DNA from: Octopus bimaculoides
Taxonomy: Eukaryota
DNA length: 64,000 nt
NCBI RefSeq assembly: GCF_001194135.2
Contig: NC_068981.1
Location: forward strand, 78,788,085 to 78,852,084
Direction of reading: 5' to 3'
Position 1 is the first letter of the stretch. Each line of letters opens with the position of its first letter. Below are positions 12,033-24,750 of this stretch, piece after piece. Made by a program: the position numbers and the translations under genes. The notes beneath the pieces are model-generated. The model worked only from the letters and a program-made list of their open reading frames with translations, searched no databases and was not told where the DNA came from.

Positions 12033-14557
12033 TCTGTTTATTTATTTAGGGTTTTCTTTTTTTACAGAGAGGTGCATGTAATGACATGAGAGTACGGGGT
12101 TCAGAATTTGTTGTGAAAATAAGCTGTACCCCCATCATGTGTATTTTTACATAAGGTTTGTAAGTGGGAGTCGGTTGACCATACTTGGCAGTGGTGCTGT
12201 CTTACATTTGGGCCTTAGGTCAGCCCTGATTGAGTAAACTTATGACCTAAAACATTCCAAACAACTTCTAGGGGTTCCACGCCATCAGACATCTAATGCT
12301 GCAATACTCAATGTGTCTTTTCTTTTTTACAGGTAATTTCGAGGGAGATTTGGCTGTTATTTCTAGATGGTTGAACAGCTGTTCAAAAACTCTTTTATTA
12401 ATTCTAGCCTGAATCTCTGTTGTGATTTGGAGAGTAGAATATATGTGTTAGGGATATCAAGATTAAAGCATTGTAAGAAAATGGTCGAAGTGTGTAAAGT
12501 AAACAGACACATCTGTCCATGTGATGTTATTTCATTTCTGCTTTTATAGAGTTTTAAGAATTGCAAATATTATCTTAATTTTCAGATTCTGCAGATTAGT
12601 CATTATGAGTAATTATCAGATAGATGTTGATAACTTCTCTGATTTCTTCAAGGCCTACATGTTTAGGTGCATGTTTGAGATTCTGTAAGGGCTTTCAGCT
12701 TTTGGGTTTTAGCATTTCTGCACTGCCATTTTGTGACTGGTGCAAGAAAGGAGTCAATCACAGTCTAGGTAGAAAGTATAAACTCTGCATTTAGTTTTCC
12801 TGCCTACTTTTAGTTTCACTGAGGCTTATTTTTTAAAATATGTTTCATAAGAGTGTTGGCTTGCTATTGAAGTGCTCATGTTTTATTTGAAGCTGTTATT
12901 GAGGCATGAGGTGCAGTACAGAAGTTGTTGAATATGGTGCTGTTAATTAACTTGTGAAGTGTTTTTTACTGCTTATTTTGTAGTAACATGAATGTTTGTC
13001 AGCTTCCTTTTAGGTTACATTTGATGTTGCCTTGTGGGAAGTGCAGAGGCTAAGCTGCTCAGTGTGCTAGAAATGAGCGAAATCTATTACCATATTAAAA
13101 ATCGATGGATATACCAGGTAGTAGAAGTCCTGATATAACATACAAGAAGACTAAATGACTACAGCTGAAATACTAATAAAAATTCAAACACAGAAACAGT
13201 CAAAGAAAACATATAACCCAATGCTACACATCAACAAAATCTAAAAACTAATGTCTCCTCACAAATTTAAAATATCTGATAGAGCAACTCTAAGTGTGAA
13301 TATAAATAGTTTGTGGAATGTAAAAAGAAAAATGTGTGAGATTGTGCAATGACTAACTCTGCTGTGAGTGCATTTTTGTGTGCAAGGGAAATAAAACAAA
13401 ATGAAATTTAATATTATGAGCAATTATATAACCTCTCACAAACACACACATACATGCATGTGTGCACACATTCTTATAATAATCCAAGTAGCAGGTCATA
13501 TAGATTTAATCAACTAAATTCACTGCAACAAGTTTGTAGACTTGTGCTGAAGCAGAACATCATTGATATAATAAAGACTAACTATACATATAATATAACT
13601 TAAATATCAGGTCACCAGACAATACTCTTAACAGTGTTTATGTTTTTCTCTCTACATTCTGAGTTCAAACCCCATCACTATTTACCTTTCAACCCTCCAG
13701 GTTTGTTGATTCATTTGATTATTCATTTCCCCATCAAAGTTATACTGCATTGTACCCAGTCAAAAGAAATCATTTCCATATCATACTTTTGTAGTTCCAG
13801 CTCAGCTACATGTACCTTTGCCATTCACTCATCAGCCCTCTCTCTGCTCGTGTATTAGCATGGAACAGCCTAAACAAATTGTGCATCACACCAAGATATT
13901 TTGCAGTAGTTTGGTTTATTCCAGTTGTTTCCCTTAACCAGATTATCTGGACCATTTGTTCTTTTCTGAGGTCAATGAAATAAATAACAAAGAAAAAAGC
14001 TTGAAAGGCATGAAGCATAGACCAAGGGTTAAAACCAGTAAAAAGAATATCAGAGTTAAACTGTTTTTCTTTGATACTGTCCAATGATCCAGCAGTTATA
14101 CTTTCACAAATTTTTCCTTTTTTGTGTGTGTGCTGTTAATGTATACATGTTTGTATTTACACTATATTAACAAATCAAAAGCTTAGTGATTCACATCCTG
14201 TTACTAGTATTATGTTGTTTACAAGACAGAGACTTAACTATCAAATGGCCTAGTCACATAGCTGTAAATAGGAAACTGTTCACTTGTAATGAATGTAGTA
14301 TTCAACTTCTGTGAATATAACCAATGAGGGATGGGTTCTGCCAAGCTGGCTTAACTGGCCAAACTGCATGAAGATAAAGATCTTAGCGCTACTATGACCC
14401 ATACATGTAGGTATACTTACATTAATTTAAGTTTATCTACATGTGTGGGCATGCCTATAACTAGTGTTACAAGGACATACATATGCATATAACATGCATA
14501 CCTTTACTAATACATGGTTGGGAAAAAGTTTAAGGAGTATTACAAGATTGATCACAT

Positions 14558-14608
<51 letters not shown>

Positions 14609-14609
14609 C

Positions 14610-14832
14610 TTAAGCCTTTAGCATTTATACCAGCCATATCCGGCCAAAATATTCTATTTATTGTATGTTCAAATTGGCCAGATCCAGCCTCACACATCTA
14701 CCTTACAATCTCATTCTAAAAGCAAACAATCACATCATTGTAATCTCAAAGCTATGATACAATGCATGATTAATTCAAAGCAGTATGAATAAATATTACA
14801 TTTGACAAATAGTCTGAATGCTAAAGTGTTAA
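14610..14832 (+). mobile_element. piggyBac-type MITE with TTAA target duplication
   Basis: TTAA|GCCTTTAGCATT ... AATGCTAAAGTG|TTAA. The interior is similar to 23913-24153. Confidence 0.8.
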
Positions 14833-15821
14833 ACTAATCAAATATGTTTGTTGAGTATTATAACACCAACAAGAGACAGATGAGAAAAATTTTGTCTCTG
14901 GTGTAACCACACTGAGTTGATGGGGATCTTAGTCTTGCAAGTTACAAGGTAACACCAATAATGATGGTGCCATAGAAAAGGCACCTAGAACTTTTTGTTA
15001 TGTAGCTGGTATTACAAAGAGCATCCAGTTATAGAAAGAATGCCAAAGAAGACACTGGAACATGACAGTATTCCAGGCGCCGGCAGCAACGATGACGAGA
15101 GAATATACAATGTTAATTTATGAGAAAGGCTGCACACATGTAAGATGTAAATACAACAAAGTTTTGTATGCAAGAGAAGCAGCCACAATATGAATGAATG
15201 AGGAAAGTCTGTATGAAAAAGTATCTCATAACACTGGAAACAGACTAAAGGAGACATAGAAGGTGAGGAGAACAGATTTAAGGACACTTAAGAAATGAGA
15301 GAACTCTATGAATGAAATGAGAGAACTGGAGATAGTGTTTCAGAGTTATTTGACTCATGCCAATGTAGTAAAAAAGATATCAAAAGGAAAATAATAATAG
15401 ATAATCCTCAGGCAATAAACTAGCAGAGTCTTGTGGTCCCCTGAGGTCTCACCAAGATTGACACTACCGTTCTCTCATTCAGGGTCAAGTAAAGTACCAG
15501 TGTATGAGGGGGGGATTGGCAAAGTACTGGAGGAAATCATATTGGTCATTAGAAGCAAATCATATCCTACCATCTTAAATAGAGGCTACACTGGACAATG
15601 TATAGAGGATGGTTACAGCTGGAATACCTTTGGTCTTACATCTGATCAATCAGAGCACACCTGAGACTAAAACAATAACATAAATATAAAGCCATGAGGA
15701 AATGAAATGGTAGAACCCAAAGAAATTAGTGATGAACTGTAAATTATAGGCAAAATAATTGTACATAAAATATTTTAGTATTTATATAGCAGTAATTGTT
15801 TAACAATTGTTAGGTCATGTA

Positions 15822-16708
15822 TGTGGTCTGATCAATAAGTATCTGGACTATTGCCATAATAACGAAGCTAAAGCATGCAGAGTAAAGCCGTTTGGCCCAG
15901 ATTGACCTTGAACTCTGCTGTGCATGCGCACTAACTTTTTTAAAGTTGTAGCTCACTTCTGCTGTTTACAGTAGTACTTGGAAGGAAGGTGTGTAGTGCG
16001 TAATTGTCACATTGACCATGACAAAGCTGAGCAGAGAATCTGCATCAAATTTTGCCAAAAGCTTGGTGATAACTGCTCAGAGGCCAATGCAAAGTTTTCA
16101 AAAAGTTTTCATCGTTCTCGGCACAATCAAGGAGATTTTGCGCAACTGAAACCCCGAGTGTCCTTTTGGTCAGCTGAAAGCAGCTTTGGCACAAACTTGG
16201 CAGACACACGTCTCATACCCAAATCTTCAGTGATAATAGACTAAACCATAACTAATCTGCACATCTTCTGATAACTCATGGATGGTGATTCAACAATTTC
16301 CACTCACAGCTGTACACTCATCTGCAATGTTTTTCTCAGTTCTACTGGTTGCAGGTCTCCCAGAATGTTAATCACTATCAATATTTTTTCAGCCATCTTG
16401 GAAACATCTGAGCCACTCGTACACTTGTGTGTGGCTCATACACTCATCTCCATACACTTTCTGCAACTTTGCGTAGGCCTCTGAGCAGGTACTGCCATAA
16501 CGACTTTCTCTGTCATGGTCAATGTGACAATTAACATTCTACACACCTTCTTTCCAAGCACTGCTGTAAACAGAAGTGAGCTAGAACATTAAAACTTATT
16601 GCACATGCACAGCAGAGTTCAAGGTCAATCTGTGCCAAGTGGCTTCACTCTGTGTTCTTAAGCTTTGTTACTATGGCAACAGTCTGAATACTTATTGATC
16701 AGACCTCG
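15822..16708. mobile_element. Non-autonomous palindromic mariner derivative, copy 2
   Basis: TA|TGTGGTCTGATCAATAAGTATCTGGACTATTGCCAT ... ATGGCAACAGTCTGAATACTTATTGATCAGACCTCG|TA. Collinear with 684-1583 along its full length, including the internal junction. Confidence 0.9.
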
Positions 16709-16824
16709 TATTTAAAATATATAAAGGTTCCTGTTGGCATGGTTTTCAACATGACATGGACAATGAATAAAGGCAAGGAAAAGAAGATCAACGAATTTGG
16801 TAGACGGAAACTGAAACAAGCTCT

Positions 16825-17800
16825 TCATCATCATCATCATTTAATGTCTGCTTTCCATGCTAGCATGGGTTAGACAGTTTGACTGATACTGGCAAGCTGG
16901 AGAGCTGCACCAGGACACAGCCTGACTTTGGCTTGGTTTCTACGACTGGATGCCCTTATTAATGCCAACCACTTTGAGAGGGTAGTGGGTGCATTTTACA
17001 TGTCACTGACATGGATGTTTTTACGTATCACCAGCCACAACTACAGTTTCAATTGGCTTGATTAGTCTTCACAAGCACAGCAAATCACTGAAGGTCAAAA
17101 TCACTTGTCATCTGTGACAAGTGATTCTGTGAGACCTCACATTCAAAGATCATGCTTCACCACCTTGTCCCATGTTTTCCTGGGCTCCCTCCAGAGAGAT
17201 CAGCACTTCTTTATGCAACTGTCCTCATCCATATGCATTACATGACCATACCAACATAGTAGTCTCTCTTGCACACCACATCTGATGCCTCTAATGCCCA
17301 ACTTTTCTCTCAAGATGCTTACACTCTGTTGTACATGCACACTGCTAAATTAACTCTAAAAGTCTGTTGATTCCAGCCCTTGCTTCCACTCCTGAAAGTT
17401 TTTTCTTTAATTCTGGTATTACGTCAACTATAAAAACAAGGTCATCAGCATAGAAGAGCCCTCAAGGGCAGCCCAACTTAAACTCCTCTGTTATTGCCTG
17501 GAGGACTATGACGAACAAGAGGAAGTTAAGGATTAATCCTTGGTGAACTCCTACTCGTACACTGAATTCATCACTATATTCATTGCCAACCCTCACCTTA
17601 CTGACAGCATCCCTGTACATGGCTTGTACAGCTCTCACCAGGGACTCCTCTATCCCTAGTTTTCACAATGACCATTAGATAACAGAGTAGGGAACCTTGT
17701 CAAAGGTTTTCTCCATGTCAACAAAAGCCAAGTAGAGGTACTTCTCCTGCACTAGGTACTTCTGATGCAGCTGTCTTACCAGGAATATAGCATCAGTGGT
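16825..17800 (-). mobile_element. 5'-truncated, internally deleted RTE LINE with 3' UTR and (GAT)n tail
   Basis: - strand TTDAIFLVRQLHQKYL..LYLAFVDMEKTFDKVP, followed by GVHQGLILN..LFVIVLQ and ELPLRALLYADDL-like segments. Tail CATCATCAT on + at about 16825. Confidence 0.9.
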
Positions 17801-18154
17801 GTATATATATCTATGTATGTGAGAAAAGGAATCAAAGGTGAAGACAGAACAATTGACAGAGCAAATAAAATAGAGAAAGTGAAAGATGATCAAACATAGG
17901 GGATCCTTTCATAAGAAATAATCTACTGTTTGAAGGAATACATTGTTTGTAGATCAGGACACTGTATTGCAATAACTGTTTCACCAGTACACTTCTAAAC
18001 CATTCTATGAGATTAGGAGAGATTATACAATCTTGGTAAATTCAATTACTATTGGTAGTAGCAAATCTGGAGACTTTACATTCCTCAAGGTAAATATTTT
18101 ATAACTAAATCTCTTTCTTACTTGCACACCAATAGATTTGTTATGGCCATTTAC

Positions 18155-18542
18155 TCTCTCTTTTACTTGTTTCAGTCATTTGACTGTGGCCATGCTGGAG
18201 CACTGCCTTTAGTCAAGCGCATCGACCCCAGGACTTATTCTTTGTAAGCCTAGTACTTATTCTATTGGTCTCTTTTGCCGAACCACTAAGTTACGGGGAT
18301 GTAAATACACCAGCATCGGTTGTCAAGCGATGCTGGGGGAACAAACATAGACACAAACATATACACACGCATACGTTGGGCTTCTTTTCAGTTTCCGTCT
18401 ACCAAATCCACTCACAAGGCTTTGGTCGGCCCGAGGCTATAGTAGAAGACACTTGCCCAAGGTGCCACACAGTGTGACTGAACCCGGAACCATGTGGTTC
18501 GTAAGCAAGCTACTTACCACACAGTCACTCCTACGCCTACAT
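18155..18542 (-). mobile_element. Near full-length tRNA/CORE-type SINE (non-RTE tail)
   Basis: Complete tail-hinge-head order. The head is repeated at 18648-18812 across the N gap. Confidence 0.92.
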
Positions 18543-20759
18543 NNNNNNNNNNNNNNNNNNNNNNNNNNNNNNNNNNNNNNNNNNNNNNNNNNNNNNNNNN
18601 NNNNNNNNNNNNNNNNNNNNNNNNNNNNNNNNNNNNNNNNNNNNNNNTTGGGCTTCTTTTCAGTTTCCGTCTACCAAATCCACTCACAAGGCTTTGGTCG
18701 GCCCGAGGCTATAGTAGAAGACACTTGCCCAAGGTGCCACACAGTGTGACTGAACCCGGAACCATGTGGTTCGTAAGCAAGCTACTTACCACACAGTCAC
18801 TCCTACGCCTACATTTTTTTACTGTAACTTGTCAAACCATCAATGATTAACAGGACTTCTCTATAATGGATCTTCAACAAGAACAAATTTCCTTATTGTG
18901 CTAGTGGATACAAAGTTTTTGTAAATGCAGACAATAATAAAAATTCAATTTTAAAAATCCAAATATTTATTACTTTATAACTTATAACTAAAAATCATAT
19001 TAAATATATCAAACACATAATTCATAGTGACAAGTGGTAGAAATGGTACATGGACTTTACAAAATGTAATTTCATTTCTCACCAATCTGTGATCAAGTAT
19101 ATTGCAGTCAATATTATCTCTGAGTCAAGAGATCAATAAAATAAATACTGGTCTTAATTATTTTGTCTGTATACATTTCTTTGCAAAATGTNNNNNNNNN
19201 NNNNNNNNNNNNNNNNNNNNNNNNNNNNNNNNNNNNNNNNNNNNNNNNNNNNNNNNNNNNNNNNNNNNNNNNNNNNNNNNNNNNNNNNNNNNNNNNNNNN
19301 NNNNNNNNNNNNNNNNNNNNNNNNNNNNNNNNNNNNNNNNNNNNNNNNNNNNNNNNNNNNNNNNNNNNNNNNNNNNNNNNNNNNNNNNNNNNNNNNNNNN
19401 NNNNNNNNNNNNNNNNNNNNNNNNNNNNNNNNNNNNNNNNNNNNNNNNNNNNNNNNNNNNNNNNNNNNNNNNAAATAAATACTGGTCTTAATTATTTTGT
19501 CTGTATACATTTCTTTGCAAAATGTGTCTTTGTGCATAAGAAGTCTCTTTATCACAAACAGAAGCTTTATTCAAAAGTCTAGAAAATTCTCATTATATTG
19601 CAAACATTCTGACCAAGATGTACTTGAATGGCTTAAGAAGAATATTTGATCAAAACATATCTTAAGTTGTCTTCTGTACTTGCAAGGAAGAAATGGAAAT
19701 AATATTAATCATTGACTAAGGTAGCAGAAACTAGACTGAAATTTAAGGTAAACCTGCACATAATTAAATTGTGAAATGCCACTGAGAATGCTTAATACAT
19801 TGAATTTTAAATTTTCTACATTATTCAGACTTATAGGTTTTTGTTTGATATTGCTCATCAATATGACTAATGGTTTGGTAAAGGCTGGGTCTGAAGATGA
19901 GAAAGAGATCAAGGCCTCTTAGATTCTATATGCCAGTCAGATATGAGTGTAGAGGAGGAAAATACTCATCAGCATAAACATCTAAGTTGATGCATTTTTT
20001 TTTTTTTTTTTAGAAATAGATTAAAAATTTAAAACAAGACAAACAATTCAAGATTTTAACCGAACACCTCCATTTTCCATTGATTTTGTTATTTCAAGTT
20101 CAGTAATGAGCTTTATCTAGAACCAATAGCAGTTTTGGCAGCAGTGGTTTTGCATTTTAACATAGCACTTTAAAAGTACCTGCTTATCACTACTTTATGA
20201 AAAGAATTAAGGATTGCAGAAAATTTGGTCATTGTACCCATTGTATCTGTGTGGAATGAGTATGAAAGCCAAGAAGAGTTGTGAACATTGAGTCATGGAC
20301 GATGGTGTATTTAGAGAAGGGTGAAGTAGGATAGATGTTTTCAATGCAAGAAGAAATATGATCAAAAATTTGGTGGTTGAAGACATTCAGAGAGCCATTG
20401 AGGAAAACAGATGTATTTAGAAGAGAGGAGAAAGTAAAATTTGAATGAGGTTGACTGAAAGTCCTGGTCTGGTTACAGTTATCTAAGTGAGAGAGAGGAG
20501 TGGGATAAACATATGTGCAGAAACCACCTTTCACGGTTAAATTTGAGTAGGAGTGATGTGAACAGCAGGAGTGGACAATAGATTAAGATTTCAAACCATT
20601 ATATCTTGGAAAACAAAAAAGGAGTGGATTTGGCAAATGAAAACTAAAAGTTCAGCATATAGTGTGTGTGTGTGTGGGCATGCACAAGCACACGTGTGTT
20701 CATGCATTCATGCATGCGTGTGTGTGTGTATGTTTGTGTCTCCTTATCTTGACATCATA

Positions 20760-20965
20760 ACATTATAGTTACAAATGATTAGCAACGTCATTCATTTCCA
20801 GTGTTTTTGAAGGGCATTGTCTGGCCATGGAAAAATAATTAGCTTGTTTGAAAGGAGGTGAGGGTTGACAACAGGAAAAACATCTGGCTGCAGAAAATCT
20901 GTAAACTCCATCTGACCCATGCAAACATGGAAAGTGGATGTCAAAATGATTATAATGATGATAAG
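20760..20965 (+). mobile_element. SINE/RTE tail fragment
   Basis: GGCCATGGAAAAATAATT..GGGTTGACAACAGGAAAAACATCTGGCTGCAGAAAAT..CCCATGCAAACATGGAAAGTGGATGTC..ATGATGAT. Confidence 0.7.
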
Positions 20966-21360
20966 ATGTGGGAGTCTTAGACATTAAGAAAGAATTTACT
21001 GGTAGCTTTTTCTTCACTTTTTTTTACCCCCCTGACACTTTTAAGGAAGTGCAAGGTGTGTCAACAAACATATATCACAATAACCTCAACAAAAGCCACA
21101 GAGCAAAATATACTAAAGTAGCCTATGGACCACAAAATAGAAATAAACCAGATAACACAGAGTACCTATAACACAGCCACACATATAACACAAAGGGAGC
21201 ATCTACAGGTTCCCTTGCTCATACTGCTAGTGGAAACAAGACATTAAATAACTCAGTATTAAGCACACGATAAGCTAACATCACTCAACAATGCAAGAAC
21301 AATGCCTAAAGTAACTGAAAAACAGACAGGGACTATGTGTGTGTGAGAGAGAGAGAGAGA

Positions 21361-21396
<36 letters not shown>

Positions 21397-22189
21397 CAGA
21401 AAGAGCCTTTTGCCAACAACAGTATCAAATCTAGTCAGAGAAACAGAAAAATAATCAGACTGTGAGTTGTGTGTCAAAAATGTGGGAAAAGTCAGTGTGA
21501 TAGGCAAATATTGACTTCCTTCACATTTACAGTTACTAACTGGGAAATCACTTAAAGTAATCTATAAATAAATTCAATGATTATAACCTGATAGAAGTTC
21601 GAGCTTGTTTTTCTTTTACAAGCAAAGTGAACAAACAGATGTGTTTCTAAATGTGTGGTTTGTGATGATATCAACAGACACACACACACACACACACAAT
21701 TGTTTTAGAAAGCCACTACAAAGCAAGTTAGAAATAAGAATGAAAACAAGCAAAACAAAGCAACTATCTACACCTTTTTACTTTATATTTCAATATTTCA
21801 AGGTTAAAATTCCTTTGCTAAGAGAAGCTGGTGACAAGATGGTATTTTGTGCTAATTACACACACACATGGATGCTCTTCTTGGTAGTCACTTCAATTTA
21901 AAATTCCATTGTTCAATTGTCTATTATATGATCTAGACAAGGCATGAGCTATCATTTTCAAGTGGGCCAATATGACTCATCAGGAGACAGACCAACAACT
22001 AAAACAATTTTAACTAATTTTTGGAAGCCCCACATGTCACAGTTTGTTCATCTCTCAAATTAAGCTACCCCAACAAATTATAGAGACTCATCATCATCAT
22101 CATCATCATCATGTAATGGCTGCCTCCCATGCTAGCATGGGCTGGACAGTTCGACAGGACCAGACAAATGTAAGTATCATACACACACA

Positions 22190-22231
<42 letters not shown>

Positions 22232-22403
22232 GAGTTACAGTTCATGGGTTTTTTTTCTTGTTTTTGCTTTTTTGTGTCTCAAGCAATTATAAAATATTCC
22301 AACTTAATAACGAAACCTGAAAACATTTCAAACTGAAATATTTCATTTCTTTTATCTTCTTAAAATAGGTTCACTACAGAGCAATTGTAAATAAATAAAT
22401 AAA

Positions 22404-22404
22404 T

Positions 22405-22468
<64 letters not shown>
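22404..22468. repeat. (GACA)n tetranucleotide microsatellite
   Basis: Direct reading of the sequence. Confidence 0.97.
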
Positions 22469-22469
<1 letters not shown>

Positions 22470-22483
22470 TCAACAAAATGTAA

Positions 22484-22854
22484 GGTGCTTTTTGATTATC
22501 TCACCTCCCGTTAAAAAATTGGGTTATCTTCCCACTAAAAACTTGAGTTAATATGGCAACAAGAGGTTGGATTAAAAGAGTTAGATCCTTTTGATTCAAT
22601 ACTTCAACACATTGTTGATGTTTGGCCTCCTCAGTAGGCATGCTATGATTTGTTATAAAAATGTTATTAGATTCAATAAGATGTTTAATCTTTTCGTTTT
22701 TCATGTTTATTAATTTTTTTCACTTTTTTTTTGTTTTATTGAGGGTTAAACAATTTTCTTAATTGAGGGGGATACCCAAAAGTACCAATATTTCTCATAA
22801 AACCAGGGGAGATAATCCAATTTTTTAATGGGGGTGAGATAACCAAAATGTACC
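22484..22854. mobile_element. MITE-like element with about 50-bp terminal inverted repeats
   Basis: Left end GGTGCTTTTTGATTATCTCACCTCCCGTTAAAAAATTGGGTTATCTTCCC versus reverse complement of right end GGTACATTTTGGTTATCTCACCCCCATTAAAAAATTGGATTATCTCCCC. Confidence 0.75.
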
Positions 22855-23912
22855 AAATGCAAATTGCTGGAAAATAAAAGGATCTATATAGTGTTATGAA
22901 ACCAAGAGACTAAAAAAACTTTAAAACTACATGCAAATAAAGAGGAAAAGGAAACTATAATCACATTAGTAAAAGCTTCTAACACCATCACTTAGTACTC
23001 TTAAACAACCATTATGTTAGAATTTAGAAAATGCGAAACAAGTTTACTCCAATCTACAGCTTAATATTCTAAACTTTGTCCAAGTGTTGTCTTTCCTGTT
23101 CAGTAGTATTGATGTCAAATCTCTGAACACCAGATTTCACAGTTGGTAAATTGGTAGAGTTGTTTGAGAATAGGACAAAATACTTGTAGTATTTATTCCA
23201 GTTCACTGTAGTCTGAGTTCAAATCCTGTTAAGGTCCACATTGCCTTTCATCTTTTTTGGGGTCAATAAATGAAAGCACCGACTAAAGGACAATGGATTA
23301 GCAGAATTATTAGACTACTGGGCAAAATACCTAACAGTATTTGTTGCAGTATTTGCATTCTTAAATACTTGGGTGGCAGACTTAATCCATCATGTGATTT
23401 AACAGGGTGTTAATGTAGTGTTTCGGTGGTGAGGTCATGTATCAACATGACTTGAAGAAAATCAAACATTTCCAACAGTACAAACCTCATGCAATCAAGA
23501 GGATTTGATGGAAGGACTATATTACCAATGAAAAGGTTCTGTTCCAGGCCAAACACCCTAGTATTTCAATTTAGAACACCAAATAGATTTAAAATAGTAC
23601 AAAAGAAAAAGAAAAAAAGACAAAGTTGTTTGTATTTTCATGTCCATTGCCTACATCTCTGTTTTTCAAACTACATAACATTTTCAGGAGTATATGCTGA
23701 TATTGTGTTTTGAAACAAAGATAGAAATAAAAAAAAAGGTGGGGAATAAAGCTAATAACTGGAAAACCCAAACTATTCTGGTTATAACTTATCTTAAAAA
23801 TGTTAGTTTGTAAATAGTATATTTTAACAGAGTAATAATTGTCATAGTAGTTGTAATATTAGTTCAATTCATGGCAGGGGTGACATTATATTCGCTTAAT
23901 AGAGTGACACCA

Positions 23913-24153
23913 TTAACCCTTAAGCACTTAAACAGGTCATATCTGGCCATATCCAGCCCAAATATACTTATTGTTTTATGCTCAAACCAGCCAGTTCTGG
24001 CTTCTCACACCTACCCTAAATTGCCATTTCAAAAATACACAAACACATCAACAAAAATCTTGAAGCTACAAGATAATGCATAATTAATATAAAACAATGT
24101 GAGTGAATAAGCATTGCATTTTAGAGAAGAATCTGAATGCTAAAGAGTTTTAA
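23913..24153 (+). mobile_element. piggyBac-type MITE with TTAA flanks
   Basis: TTAA|CCCTTAAGCACTT ... AATGCTAAAGAG..TTAA. Homologous to 14610-14832. Confidence 0.75.
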
Positions 24154-24713
24154 AAAAACTCTTAACATTTTTATTTGCACCGGGCTGGATTCAAACTAGG
24201 AACTATTATTTCTGTACTAAGGATAAATATTCCTCTTCATGTAAGGCTATTGAGGCACATTAGCAATCGAGATTCTGAATCGAATCTGATTCTATATTTA
24301 CATCCGAGAGTAAGTCACCAGATGATAACTGAAGATCAAACCAATCAAAATGTAGTGTAGATGTACATATACAAATATTTTCATCTTTAAAGATGAAGGT
24401 AACAGTTCATAAAATTATAATTTTATTAATAGCAACTATCTCAGACATTCAAGTTTTGTTTCTATACTTACTTTACTTAGCAACAAAACTGATAGGAAGA
24501 TGTGGAATTAAATGAATAGGTATTCTTGCAATAAGCACTTAGAATTTCTGTGCAAATTGAGAGGGTAATGAAAAAGTAGATATGCATTTTAAAATGGTAC
24601 CTGCATACTAAAGTAAAACAATTTCAATGTATGGTTTCATCTCTGGTTACCAAAGTAAGATTTCACAAACATATATATATATTTGCTATATATTTGCTGT
24701 TTTTCTCCTTATT

Positions 24714-24750
24714 TCTTTCTGTTGAAGAGCGTAGCTCGAAACGTTAAAGA
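24714..24750 (+). ncRNA. Minimal type I hammerhead-like motif, CUGUUGA core variant, copy 2 (within repeat 24695-24845)
   Basis: TCTTT-CTGTTGA-A-GAGC-GTA-GCTC-GAAAC-GTT-AAAGA. Stem III palindrome is AACGTT. Confidence 0.65.

Noticed and set aside
18375-18812. Apparent tandem duplication of a SINE head on both sides of the gap 18543-18647
   Set aside because: Identical sequence flanking an N gap indicates an unmerged contig overlap.
19137-19526. About 55-bp direct repeat flanking gap 19192-19472
   Set aside because: Same overlap-type assembly artefact.
21950-21990. CTGATGA...GAAA on the minus strand
   Set aside because: No stem II or stem III pairing and no stem I partner.
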